In this document: positions 50,305 through 59,385 of the stretch, one piece after another | Position numbering within the stretch: position 1 is the first letter of the stretch | Layout: each line of letters opens with the position of its first letter | Assembly: GCA_965237955.1 (NCBI GenBank) | Contig: OZ250169.1 | Coordinates: forward strand, 4,768,001 to 4,832,000 | Length of the DNA stretch: 64,000 nucleotides | Source: Candidatus Marinacidobacterales bacterium | GTDB taxonomy: Bacteria > Acidobacteriota > Vicinamibacteria > Marinacidobacterales > SMYC01 | Reading direction: 5' to 3' | Position numbers and translations under genes: made by a program | Notes under the pieces: generated by a model | What the model was told of the DNA's origin: nothing | Databases searched by the model: none | The model's input: the letters and a program-made list of their open reading frames with translations, nothing else

Positions 50305-51531
50305 GTGGACTCGGATCCCAAAGCACGGGTCTTTTCAGCGGAAGCTCCGTCCGGCTCATGGACGGGTGTGTCCGACATCAAGGCATCGGGAGCTGCCGCG
50401 GCCTTCGCCGAATCGGCGTCGAGCCCATCCGCGGTTCCCGTGGTCAAAGCCGCTCGGCCGCGCAAGAAAGCGGAGCCGTCTCGTGGTCGTATCATCGCGG
50501 TGGGCGGTGGCAAGGGCGGTGTCGGCAAGAGCCTGGTCACCAGTAGCCTCGGGATCAGCCTTGCCCAGCACGGACAGAGAGTCGTCGTCATCGACGCGGA
50601 TCTCGGCGGCGCTAACCTGCACACGTGCCTCGGCCTGTCCACACCGGCACGTACGCTGTCGGACTTCATCGCCCGGCGCGTCGAGTCCATCGAGGACGTC
50701 GTTCTCGAGACCGGGGTCAAGGATCTGGGCCTCATCAGCGGCGCCCACGATCACTTGACCGCTTCCAACCTGAAGTACTTCCAGAAGACCCGGCTCTTGT
50801 CCCGGATCGCCACTGTCGATGCCGACTACATCCTCCTCGATATCGGCGCCGGCATCTCGTTCAACATCGTCGACTTCTTCCTGATTGCGGAGCAAGGGCT
50901 CCTCATCGTGATCCCCGAGCCGAGCTCGATCGAGAACGCTTATCGTTTCCTCAAGATGAGTTTCTTCCGTCATCTCTGGCGCGGGCTCAAAGCGAGTCCC
51001 GCCCGCAAAGTCGTTGAACAGGCTATGGACCAGAAGAACAACGTTGGGATTCGCACGCCGTTCGATCTGCTGGAGGCGGTCGAGCAGCTCGACGCGTCCA
51101 CAGGACAGTACTTGAAGGAGCTGGCGCTAGTCCCCTGGATCTTTGATTACTATACAAAGTTAGGCTTTTCGCCAGCCCATAAGATTCATAAGATTCATGC
51201 ACTTAGAAGGGTTTCGGCAAGCTCTGCTTTATCTAGTTTGTTCTGATACAGGGGACTAGCGTTTCGTCCTCGGCTTCTCATCAACCAGGTTCGTTATCCC
51301 GAAGACGAGCGCTTGGGTGGCTCGATGGCGATGGTTTGCCGCCGCCACCTCGGTATCGACATCGATGCCATAGGCGCCATTCCTTTCGACGAGAGCGTAT
51401 GGAAGGCGAATCGCAAGCGCAGGTCGTTCATGTTGGACTCTCCCGAATCGACGGCGGGGATCGCGCTCGAAAATGTCGCGCAATCGCTTCTGTGTCCGCC
51501 GACCTATCCTCGTCTCGCGGAAGAGATTTGA
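50305..51531 (+). pseudogene. MinD/FlhG(FleN)-like ATPase interrupted by a MITE
   Basis: GGKGGVGKS, DADLGGANL, LDIGAG, PEPSSIENAY; removing 129 bp restores ...ELALAFRPRLLINQVR... through to TGA 51531. Confidence 0.9.
51127..51259 (-). mobile_element. MITE copy 4 (reverse orientation, identical to copy 1)
   Basis: CTAG at 51127-51130 and 51256-51259. Confidence 0.93.
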
Positions 51532-52190
51532 TGTTCCAGCGTCTGAACGATCAGAACCACTATCAAGTTTTGGAAATTTCCTACGAGGCAAGCGCGGACG
51601 AGATCCAGTCCGCTTACGAAGTCGCGCGCGACATCTATAGTCACGACGTCCTGGTCTCCGGGTCGATTCTGTCGGAGCATGAACGCCGACGTACTTTCGA
51701 TCGGATCGCCGAAGCCTACCAGACGCTCATAGCCGAAGAGAGCCGTCGCCTGTACGACCGGCGCCTCGGGCTCACCGAGAGCTCGAACCGTCCCCTTCGA
51801 GGTCCGGTCCCGATGCACGAGCCGGTCGAAGAAGTCGTCGAGGAGACCCGGGAGTCCGACAAGTTCGACAGGGTACCCGAGGTCGAACCGGCGCGGGCAC
51901 GCGACGAGCCCCGCAAGTGCCCCATACAGCTCCGGCCATCCGAAGAGGCGAGCGGGGAGTTTCTCCGCAAAGCGCGAGAAGCGATGGGGCTCGAGCTTTC
52001 CACGATCTCCGAAGAGACGAAAATCGGTAGCTCGATGCTCGAGTACATCGAGAGCGAGCGCATCGATCGTCTCCTGGCACCGGTGTACCTGCGGAACTTT
52101 ACCCGGCAAATGGCCCGTTGCCTCGGCCTCGACGAAGAGCGAGTCTCGACGTCGTATCTGGATCGCATCCGCCAGCGGTCCAACCACTAG
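51531..52190 (+). CDS. J-like domain (no HPD) plus RodZ-type helix-turn-helix protein
   Basis: NHYQVLEI...EIQSAY...IAEAYQTL...RRLYD; C-terminal GEFLRKARE...ISEETKI...VYLRNF; TGATG coupling to the ATPase gene. Confidence 0.8.
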   Translation: MFQRLNDQNHYQVLEISYEASADEIQSAYEVARDIYSHDVLVSGSILSEHERRRTFDRIAEAYQTLIAEESRRLYDRRLGLTESSNRPLRGPVPMHEPVEEVVEETRESDKFDRVPEVEPARARDEPRKCPIQLRPSEEASGEFLRKAREAMGLELSTISEETKIGSSMLEYIESERIDRLLAPVYLRNFTRQMARCLGLDEERVSTSYLDRIRQRSNH

Positions 52191-52247
52191 CCCATCCAAC
52201 ACCTCCCGAGCTGTTATAGTTAGCGGCTTTAACGAGACGGAGGTGCC

Positions 52248-52955
52248 TTGTTGCCCACGCTTTCCGTGGTCATCCCGTGCTACAACGAAGTCGACACCAT
52301 CGAGGCCATTCTCGCGGCGGTGTCGGCCAGCGACGTCGAGAGCAAGGAGATCATCGTCGTCGATGATTTCTCGACGGACGGCACCCGGGAAAAGCTGCGC
52401 GAGCTGTCGGGGGGGCTCGGCACTAATGTCGCCGTCGCCGTCGTCTACCACGAGCAAAACATGGGGAAGGGCGCTTGTCTGCGTACCGGGTTCGCCCGGG
52501 CCAAGGGTGACATAGTCATCGTGCAGGACGCGGATCTAGAGTACGACCCGCGCGAGTACCCTAAGCTTCTCACCCCGATCCTCGAGGGGAAAGCCGACGT
52601 CGTCTTCGGATCCCGTTTCGCCGGCGGTGAGTCGCATCGCGTTCTCTACTTCTGGCACTACGCGGCCAACAAATTGCTCACGCTGGCCTCGAACATATTC
52701 ACCAACTTGAACCTCACCGACATGGAGACGTGCTACAAAGCGTTCCGCAGAGAGGTCATCCAGGGCATCGATATCAAAGAAAACCGCTTCGGGTTCGAGC
52801 CCGAAGTGACCGCCAAACTCGCCCGCAGTGGATGCCGCATCTACGAGGTTGGCATTTCCTACTCTGGCCGAACCTACTCGGAAGGCAAGAAGATAGGCTG
52901 GAAAGACGGCGTCCGCGCGTTGTGGTGCATTTTTCGCTACAACGTGTTTGGGTAG
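52248..52955 (+). CDS. GT2 glycosyltransferase (polyprenol-phosphate sugar synthase-like)
   Basis: [34 protein letters not shown]. Confidence 0.93.
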   Translation: MLPTLSVVIPCYNEVDTIEAILAAVSASDVESKEIIVVDDFSTDGTREKLRELSGGLGTNVAVAVVYHEQNMGKGACLRTGFARAKGDIVIVQDADLEYDPREYPKLLTPILEGKADVVFGSRFAGGESHRVLYFWHYAANKLLTLASNIFTNLNLTDMETCYKAFRREVIQGIDIKENRFGFEPEVTAKLARSGCRIYEVGISYSGRTYSEGKKIGWKDGVRALWCIFRYNVFG

Positions 52956-52966
52956 ACGTTCCGCCT

Positions 52967-52992
52967 TCAGCCATCGGCCATCGGCCATCAGC
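52967..52992 (+). repeat. Heptamer repeat cluster between convergent GT2 and mmuM
   Basis: cagccat cggccat cggccat cagc. Confidence 0.75.
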
Positions 52993-53896
52993 TTGATTCT
53001 AGTTTGGCGGCGATGGCGCGGATTGTCGCGGGAGTCGTGCGGCAGCAGCCTCCGATGAGTCGGGCGCCGAGATCGCGCCACTCGATGACGTGGTCGACGA
53101 TCGAGAACGACTGCTCGGCCGGGAGCCACTCGTGGCGCGTCGCGTCCCAGCCCTCACCGCTATTCGGGTAGGCAGCGAGAGGCTTGGTCGTCGCCTCTGC
53201 GGCGGAGCGGAGTAGCGCAGAGACGTAGTGAGGCGGCGTGCAATTCACGCCCACGGCGACGACCTGGGCTGACTCACCGGCGAGGCCCACGCACTCGGCG
53301 AACGGCTCGCCGTGGCAGACTTCGGTCTCGTTCCGGCAGCTGAAGCTGATCCAGGCAGGAACGTCGGGAAGCTCGTCCAGTAACGCCAGGATCGCTTCCG
53401 CTTCGACGAGACTCGGGATGGTCTCGAAGGCGACGATGTCCGGCGCCGCGCCGATGAGGACCTCGAGACGCCTGCGGTGGAAATCCATCAGCTGGTCTTG
53501 GCTCAGGCCGTAGTCGCCGCGGTACTCCGAGCCGTCGTGCAAAAAAGCGCCGTAGCAGCCGATGGAGGCGACCACGAGACCCCGGCGATGCCGACCACAC
53601 GCCCGCCGAGCGATGTCCACCGCAAGCCGCATCAACCGGCTCGCTTCGCCTTTGTCGATGCCTCGGGCGGCGAAGCCTTCGAACGTGGCTTGGTAGGTCG
53701 CGGTGGTGGCGACATCCGCTCCTGCTCGAAGGTAGTTGTTGTTGACCGCCTCGATGGCCTCCGGCGCCTCGAGGAGGAGCTTGGCCGACCACAGCGGATC
53801 GTTCAGATCGGCACCATGCCTCTCGAGCTCGGTCGCGAGGGCACCGTCGAGAAGCACGTAGCCTTTTTCCTTCACCAGCTGCTCGATCGGGTTCAT
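52988..53896 (-). CDS. mmuM: Homocysteine S-methyltransferase
   Basis: LDGALATELE, LWSA, GVNC, YPNSGE, IGGCC. Confidence 0.95.
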   Translation of the reverse strand: MNPIEQLVKEKGYVLLDGALATELERHGADLNDPLWSAKLLLEAPEAIEAVNNNYLRAGADVATTATYQATFEGFAARGIDKGEASRLMRLAVDIARRACGRHRRGLVVASIGCYGAFLHDGSEYRGDYGLSQDQLMDFHRRRLEVLIGAAPDIVAFETIPSLVEAEAILALLDELPDVPAWISFSCRNETEVCHGEPFAECVGLAGESAQVVAVGVNCTPPHYVSALLRSAAEATTKPLAAYPNSGEGWDATRHEWLPAEQSFSIVDHVIEWRDLGARLIGGCCRTTPATIRAIAAKLESS

Positions 53897-53923
53897 TGCA
53901 CGCCTATGTTAATGTGTCGCGCC

Positions 53924-55399
53924 ATGTATTTCCTCGGCTATGACTTGGGTAGCTCCTCAGTGAAAGCGTGCCTCCTCGACGCCGAGCTCGGTCGAGGGGT
54001 GGCGCGGAGCACGTACCCGGACCGCGAGATGACGATCGATGCGCCCCAGCCGGGCTGGGCAGAGCAGCACCCGGACTCATGGTGGGACGCGGCAAAAAAC
54101 GCGACCAAGCGACTCTTGGTGAGCGCCAGCATCACGCCGTCCGAGATTCGCGGGATCGGCATCTCGTACCAGATGCACGGCCTCGTCATCGTGGATGAGC
54201 AGGGGAAACCGCTCCGCCCGTCGATCATCTGGTGTGATAGCCGGGCCGTCGAGGTTGGGGAGCGCGCTGTCGAAGCGCTTGGCGGCGAGCGCTGCCTCGA
54301 AACGCTTCTCAACTCGCCCGGTAATTTCACCGCATCCAAGCTCGCGTGGGTGCGCGAGAACGAGCCCGACGTCTTCGAGCGCGTCGACAAACTCATGTTG
54401 CCCGGCGACTATTTCGCCTGGCGCCTGACCGGCCGCATGGCGACGACGGTGTCGGGGCTGTCCGAAGGCATGTTGTGGGATTTCTCGGAGAACCGTGTGG
54501 CGCAGTTCGTTCTCGAGCACTTCGGGATACCGGATTCGGTCGTACCCGAGACGGTCTCGACGTTCGGGGAGCAGGGCCGGCTCACCGACGCGGCTGCACA
54601 GGAGCTCGGCCTCGCTTCCGGTACGCCCGTCGTCTACCGCGCCGGCGATCAACCGAACAACGCGCTGTCGCTGAACGTGCTCGAGCCGGGAGAGATCGCA
54701 GCGACCGCGGGAACGTCGGGGGTCGTGTACGGCGTCAGCGATACCGTCCGCGCCGATCCGCGCTCTCGTGTCAATAGCTTCGCGCACGTGAACCACTCCG
54801 GTGACGAGACGCGGCTCGGGATTCTTCTGTGCATCAACGGAGCGGGGAGCTCGTACCGGTGGCTGCGCGAAACCCTGTCGAAGAGTTACCAGGAAATGAA
54901 CGAGAGCGCATCCGCGATTCCGATTGGCGCAGGCGGGCTTGTCGTCTTTCCGTTCGGGAATGGCGCCGAGCGTATGCTAGAGAACCGAGATCCCGGGGCG
55001 TCGCTCGCACACCTCAATTTTAATATCCACGACGCCGCCCACCTCGCGAGAGCGGTACAAGAAGGCGTCGCGTTCTCGTTTCGCTATGGGATGGACATCC
55101 TGGGGGAGCTCGGAATGCGCCCGAAGGTGATCCGCGCCGGCCGCGCGAACATGTTCTCGAGCCCACTGTTCACGGCCGCGGTGACCGGCGCGAGCGGTGT
55201 GAGCGTGGAGCTCTACCAAACCGACGGTGCCGAAGGAGCTGCGCGCGGCGCCGCCATCGGCGCAAAACACTTCACTTTGGCAGAGGCGTTCGAAGGGCTC
55301 GAGCGCGTGGCAACGATCGAGCCGGACCCCGAAAGTAGGTCCGAGTACGAGGAGGCCTACGGCCGTTGGGTTTCGGAGCTTCGGGAGAGGATGGGATGA
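53924..55399 (+). CDS. xylB: FGGY-family carbohydrate kinase, xylulokinase-like
   Basis: GYDLGSSSVK, ISYQMHG, IIWCDSR, AGDQ; ATG at 53924. Confidence 0.85.
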   Translation: MYFLGYDLGSSSVKACLLDAELGRGVARSTYPDREMTIDAPQPGWAEQHPDSWWDAAKNATKRLLVSASITPSEIRGIGISYQMHGLVIVDEQGKPLRPSIIWCDSRAVEVGERAVEALGGERCLETLLNSPGNFTASKLAWVRENEPDVFERVDKLMLPGDYFAWRLTGRMATTVSGLSEGMLWDFSENRVAQFVLEHFGIPDSVVPETVSTFGEQGRLTDAAAQELGLASGTPVVYRAGDQPNNALSLNVLEPGEIAATAGTSGVVYGVSDTVRADPRSRVNSFAHVNHSGDETRLGILLCINGAGSSYRWLRETLSKSYQEMNESASAIPIGAGGLVVFPFGNGAERMLENRDPGASLAHLNFNIHDAAHLARAVQEGVAFSFRYGMDILGELGMRPKVIRAGRANMFSSPLFTAAVTGASGVSVELYQTDGAEGAARGAAIGAKHFTLAEAFEGLERVATIEPDPESRSEYEEAYGRWVSELRERMG

Positions 55400-55412
55400 G
55401 TCAACTGGTTGG

Positions 55413-55559
55413 CTGGAACAAGTACGTGCCGAAACGGTGGCGCCCCAGCGACTGAACGCCATCTTGGTCGGTGGCTTCGCCATCCTTGCCGCGGTCATCG
55501 CCGCGGTTGGCGTTTTCGGGGTGCAGGCGTTCTCGGTGAGTCAGCGAACCAGCGAGTAA
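55413..55559 (+). pseudogene. Internal fragment of an ADOP/FtsX-like ABC permease
   Basis: LEQVRAETVAPQRLNAILVGGFAILAAVIAAVGVFGV.AFSVSQRTSE then a stop where IGIRMALGA normally follows. Confidence 0.75.
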
Positions 55560-55607
55560 CAAACAAAAGACCCCAAGAAGCACGGTTTCCCTCCACAGCA
55601 GATCGAG

Positions 55608-57398
55608 TCAGTCAACGAGCTCGAGCCACCCGAACCACAGCGGGTGTTCTTTCTTGTACCAGGTCAGGATGTCGCGCAACGCTTGCTGGCGCTCTTCCGA
55701 GATCACTTCCGGTGGGATGCGATCGAAGTGAACGCGGATGTTGGGGCCGTCGTGATCGAGCGCTTCGGAGCACAGTGTCTGAAGCTCGTTGCGGATGCGA
55801 CCGGAGTCGGAGATCCGCACCGCCCGGTCTCGAAAATCTTCGCCCGCGAGAAAGCGCATCAGGAGCGGATTGAACACCAGGCGCGCTCTTTCGTCGTCTT
55901 CTTCGTTGCGCAGCGTGAGCTTGATGACTTTCCGGCCTTTTCTCGTGGCGAGCGCCACGGTGACCCGGTGCGTCGATGCGTCGAGCTTTTCGACCGCAGG
56001 GGAGCCGGTGTATGGGTCGGTGCACATGTACCCGCACGCCGCGAGCACGCGCCATCGCCTCTCGGGAAAGAAATCATCGGCGCGGACGACCGACCGATCG
56101 ATGGGCATGCCCGCGTCCCGTGCGGCCCGAATCGCATCGCGATACGCCTCGACCTGTTGGGCATCGAGCGGGAGGTCCTCAGTCGCGAGCCGCTTCAATC
56201 GGTCGCCGAAATCCGCAGCTTCGGGATCGAGCTGCATTACGTTGCGCTCGACATCCCAGGGAAGAGCGTACTTGGACGTGAATACCGATAACGATGCTTC
56301 CAGTCCCAGCACGGGCGCGAGGCTCGCCGCCTGCATCGCTTCCGCCGATCCCGAATAGCCGTCGCAGATAAACACGTGCCACTCACCGTCGTCGTCCTTG
56401 CGCGCACCTACCTGATAGGTCGGCGCGTAGCTGCCGGAGTCGACGAACGCTTCCATGCCCGAAGGAAGGCGATAGCCGGTTTCGACGAGATGGACGCCCG
56501 CTTCCCGCCACTCGGCCCACAGCGTGCCGAGGCGTTTTTCCCGGCTCGGGCCGGAAAGGGTCCATACATGGATGTTCTCGCGACGAATCCCAGGGTAGGT
56601 CCCTTCGATGGCCTCCGCGATCTTGGTCCGATGCGTGCGGTAATCGACGAGCATCGCGCGCTCGGCAGCGTGTTCGACCACTTCGCGAGGAAGGAACAAG
56701 TTGCCGACGTAGCCTTCATAAGGACGGCTTACCCGCAGCGGCTGATCGAAGAGATGCAACACCGTGAGCGGGCCGGTCTCTTCGCCTTGGGCAAACCGCG
56801 ACGTGTTCTCGAGCGTGTCGATGGCGGCGCTCCAGATGGTGATGCCCGAACCCAGGGCCTCATCGTAGAAGTGCTCGAAGTCGTAATCGGGATCGTTGAT
56901 CAGCCGGGCGACGCGCTCATCGACCCACTTGGCAACTTGGGGGCGGGCATACACTCGTCCGAACCCGAGCTGCGGATTCGAGCCCATCTCGGGGGTCTCG
57001 CCCGCTTTCGGCATGAGCCCTTCGCCAAGGGACACCATGATCGCGTGGTTTTCCGGAAGCTGACGGGTCGCGTACCAGAGCGACTCGCTCATCGCATACG
57101 CCGAGATCGCGTCGGCGTCTTTCTTGACTTGATTCAGCCCGGCCTTGTCGAGTCCTTTGCCCTCGCCGAACCGGCCGTAGAGCTTGGTGCCGAGCGCCGT
57201 CAGCGCCGCGGTCATAGCGACGAGCGACTCCATCCTTGCCGGTAGGAACGAAAACCGCGTACCAGGCTCTCGATGCCGCTCTTCCTCGACTTCGACGTCC
57301 TCGAGCCACAAGTGGAAGCGGCCGAGAATGGGGCTAGTATCGAACGCCCACTGAGCGATGAGGTTTTTCTTGCCTCTTTTTTCTTCCGTCGATGGCAT
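55608..57398 (-). CDS. Hypothetical 596-aa protein, divergent GlpX (class II FBPase)-like
   Basis: KKDADAISAYAM, VSLGEG and AIDTLENT resemble GlpX K..AD..AV.AM, VVIGEG and AVDPLEGT in the same order. Confidence 0.55.
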   Translation of the reverse strand: MPSTEEKRGKKNLIAQWAFDTSPILGRFHLWLEDVEVEEERHREPGTRFSFLPARMESLVAMTAALTALGTKLYGRFGEGKGLDKAGLNQVKKDADAISAYAMSESLWYATRQLPENHAIMVSLGEGLMPKAGETPEMGSNPQLGFGRVYARPQVAKWVDERVARLINDPDYDFEHFYDEALGSGITIWSAAIDTLENTSRFAQGEETGPLTVLHLFDQPLRVSRPYEGYVGNLFLPREVVEHAAERAMLVDYRTHRTKIAEAIEGTYPGIRRENIHVWTLSGPSREKRLGTLWAEWREAGVHLVETGYRLPSGMEAFVDSGSYAPTYQVGARKDDDGEWHVFICDGYSGSAEAMQAASLAPVLGLEASLSVFTSKYALPWDVERNVMQLDPEAADFGDRLKRLATEDLPLDAQQVEAYRDAIRAARDAGMPIDRSVVRADDFFPERRWRVLAACGYMCTDPYTGSPAVEKLDASTHRVTVALATRKGRKVIKLTLRNEEDDERARLVFNPLLMRFLAGEDFRDRAVRISDSGRIRNELQTLCSEALDHDGPNIRVHFDRIPPEVISEERQQALRDILTWYKKEHPLWFGWLELVD

Positions 57399-57526
57399 CG
57401 GAATCGAAAGCCTTGGCAGCCTAATTAGGCGCCGAGACTATATCAGCTAGAAGCCTCCGAAGACCACTTGACCGCTGGTCGCATCCGGCCTAACCTTCGC
57501 GCTTTGAAGCATATGAGGCGTTTTCC

Positions 57527-58837
57527 TTGAAGATTGTCATCATCGGCGCCGGGGTCATGGGCCTTTCGTCCGCGCTCGATCTCCTCGAGGAAGGGCACGA
57601 CGTTTCCGTCATCGAGGCGGCGCTCTCTCCCAGCGGTATGGCGGGCTCCTTCGACTTCGGTGGAGCGCCCGCCGAGAAGTTCTACCACTTCATCTGTGGC
57701 GCGGATGATGGCTATTTCCGTTGGCTGGGTCGTCTCGGCCTCGCGAAGCGGCTGTCGTGGCGCCAAACGTCGATGTCGGTCTTCCACGGCGGACGGCTCT
57801 ACCCGTTCGGCGATGCGCTATCGCTCCTACGATTCGAACCGCTGTCGTTCAACGCGCGCGTGCGCTACGGGTTGCATGTGCTACAAGCCAAACGACTCGA
57901 CGACTGGCGTGCGCTCGAGAACGTTCCCGCGCGCGAGTGGCTGATCGAAGGCACCGGCGAGGAGTCGTACCGTGTCGTGTGGGAGCCTCTGTTGCGCCAG
58001 AAATTCGGGCCGCACACCGATACGATTTCAGCCGCGTGGATTTGGAGCCGCATCCACCGTCTCGCGAGCTCGCGCAATCGGATGTTCCAGGAGCGGCTCG
58101 GGTTTCTCGACGGCGGTACCGACGTGCTCGTGACCGCGCTCGTCGACGCGGTCCGCGCGCTCGGCGGCCGGATCGAATGTGGAGCGCCGGTCGAGCGCCT
58201 CCACCTCGATGGCGGCCGGGCAGTGGGTGTGAGCGCCTCGGGCGTGGAACATCCTGCCGACGCGGTGGTGTCCACGGTGCCGCTTTCCATCCTCACCCGC
58301 ATCGGACCCGATCTTCCGCCCGACTATGTCGACAATGCGCTCGCGCTCGACAACATCGGCGTCCGCTGCATCCTTCTCAAGCTCGCGAAACCGTTGACGA
58401 AGTACTTCTGGGTGAATGTGAACGATGACAGCCTCCCTCTGTGTGGGCTCATCGAGTACACGAACTTGAACCCCGCGGACGGCTACAGCCTCGTGTATTC
58501 GCCGACGTACGTACCCCGCACCGACCCTGAGTACGCCCGTCCCGATGAGGAAGTCCTCGAGGAAACACTCGACGCGATCGCGGTCGTCCGGCCGGAGTTC
58601 GATCGGGCATCGGTCGTCGATTACCGCGTTTTTCGCGAGCGGTTCGCTCAACCGGTGTGTCCCGTGGGATTTCAGAAAAAACTCGCCCCTTTACGAACGC
58701 CGGTGCCGAACCTCGTCGCTGCCGATACCACCCACTTGCTGCCGCACGACCGCTCCATCTCCGATAGCTTCGACCTCGCCGGCAAGTTGATGGCCGCTTT
58801 CCGCGACGCTTGTGGCGCCGTCCGTCGTGCTTCGTAG
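57527..58837 (+). CDS. NAD(P)/FAD-dependent oxidoreductase (amine oxidase/protoporphyrinogen oxidase-like)
   Basis: IIGAGVMGL, EKFYHF, ISAAWIWSR. Confidence 0.9.
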   Translation: MKIVIIGAGVMGLSSALDLLEEGHDVSVIEAALSPSGMAGSFDFGGAPAEKFYHFICGADDGYFRWLGRLGLAKRLSWRQTSMSVFHGGRLYPFGDALSLLRFEPLSFNARVRYGLHVLQAKRLDDWRALENVPAREWLIEGTGEESYRVVWEPLLRQKFGPHTDTISAAWIWSRIHRLASSRNRMFQERLGFLDGGTDVLVTALVDAVRALGGRIECGAPVERLHLDGGRAVGVSASGVEHPADAVVSTVPLSILTRIGPDLPPDYVDNALALDNIGVRCILLKLAKPLTKYFWVNVNDDSLPLCGLIEYTNLNPADGYSLVYSPTYVPRTDPEYARPDEEVLEETLDAIAVVRPEFDRASVVDYRVFRERFAQPVCPVGFQKKLAPLRTPVPNLVAADTTHLLPHDRSISDSFDLAGKLMAAFRDACGAVRRAS

Positions 58838-59385
58838 AGCGGGTCTCGTTCTCGGTGTCAGGTCAGCCTGCTCGCGGCCGTGGCGGTTCGTCTCGTCAAT
58901 CCCGGCGTCTTGGAGCTAGAGCCTGGCGAGCGCGCCTTCAGCCGCGCGGTCGGCGGCGCCACGCCGAGCGGCCGCGTGCTCGAGCGGGCGCGGGTGCGCC
59001 TTGCCGGTCTGAGGCGCGCGGAGCCCGGGCAGATTCTGATCTACTTCGCCGACGAGCGCACCGAGGCTCGAGTTGGCGTCGACGGTGGAGCGCTTCGGAC
59101 CGTGCGTGCGAATCGAGACGGGGAGCTCATCGTGAGCCTCCCGCCGCGGGCGACGCCGTCCGCGACGCTCGAGCTGGTCGCGACGAGTGCACCGCTCCGG
59201 GTGCTCTCTATGACCGTGACCGCGCCGAGCTCTCCGTGGCCGCCGATACTGGCGCTCATTCTCGTGGCGCTCACCATCGCGGCGTTGCTCGATAGAGCGG
59301 AGCTCGAGATCGTCTTCGCGGTCGGGCTCGCGGTTGCGGCGATGGTAGCGCTCGGCTTTGCGACGACGCGCTTTTGGCTGCCGCT

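Noticed and set aside
51244-51246. Single in-frame TGA in the MITE as selenocysteine or programmed read-through
   Set aside because: Copy 3 has TAA at the same position and no SECIS-like hairpin was recognised; it behaves as an ordinary stop.
23612-51259. MITE copies or heptamer arrays as a CRISPR array
   Set aside because: Copies are dispersed, lack regularly spaced unique spacers, and no cas genes are present.
53477-53923. N-terminal extension of the 640-aa xylB ORF
   Set aside because: Overlaps mmuM on the opposite strand; kinase similarity begins at ATG 53924.
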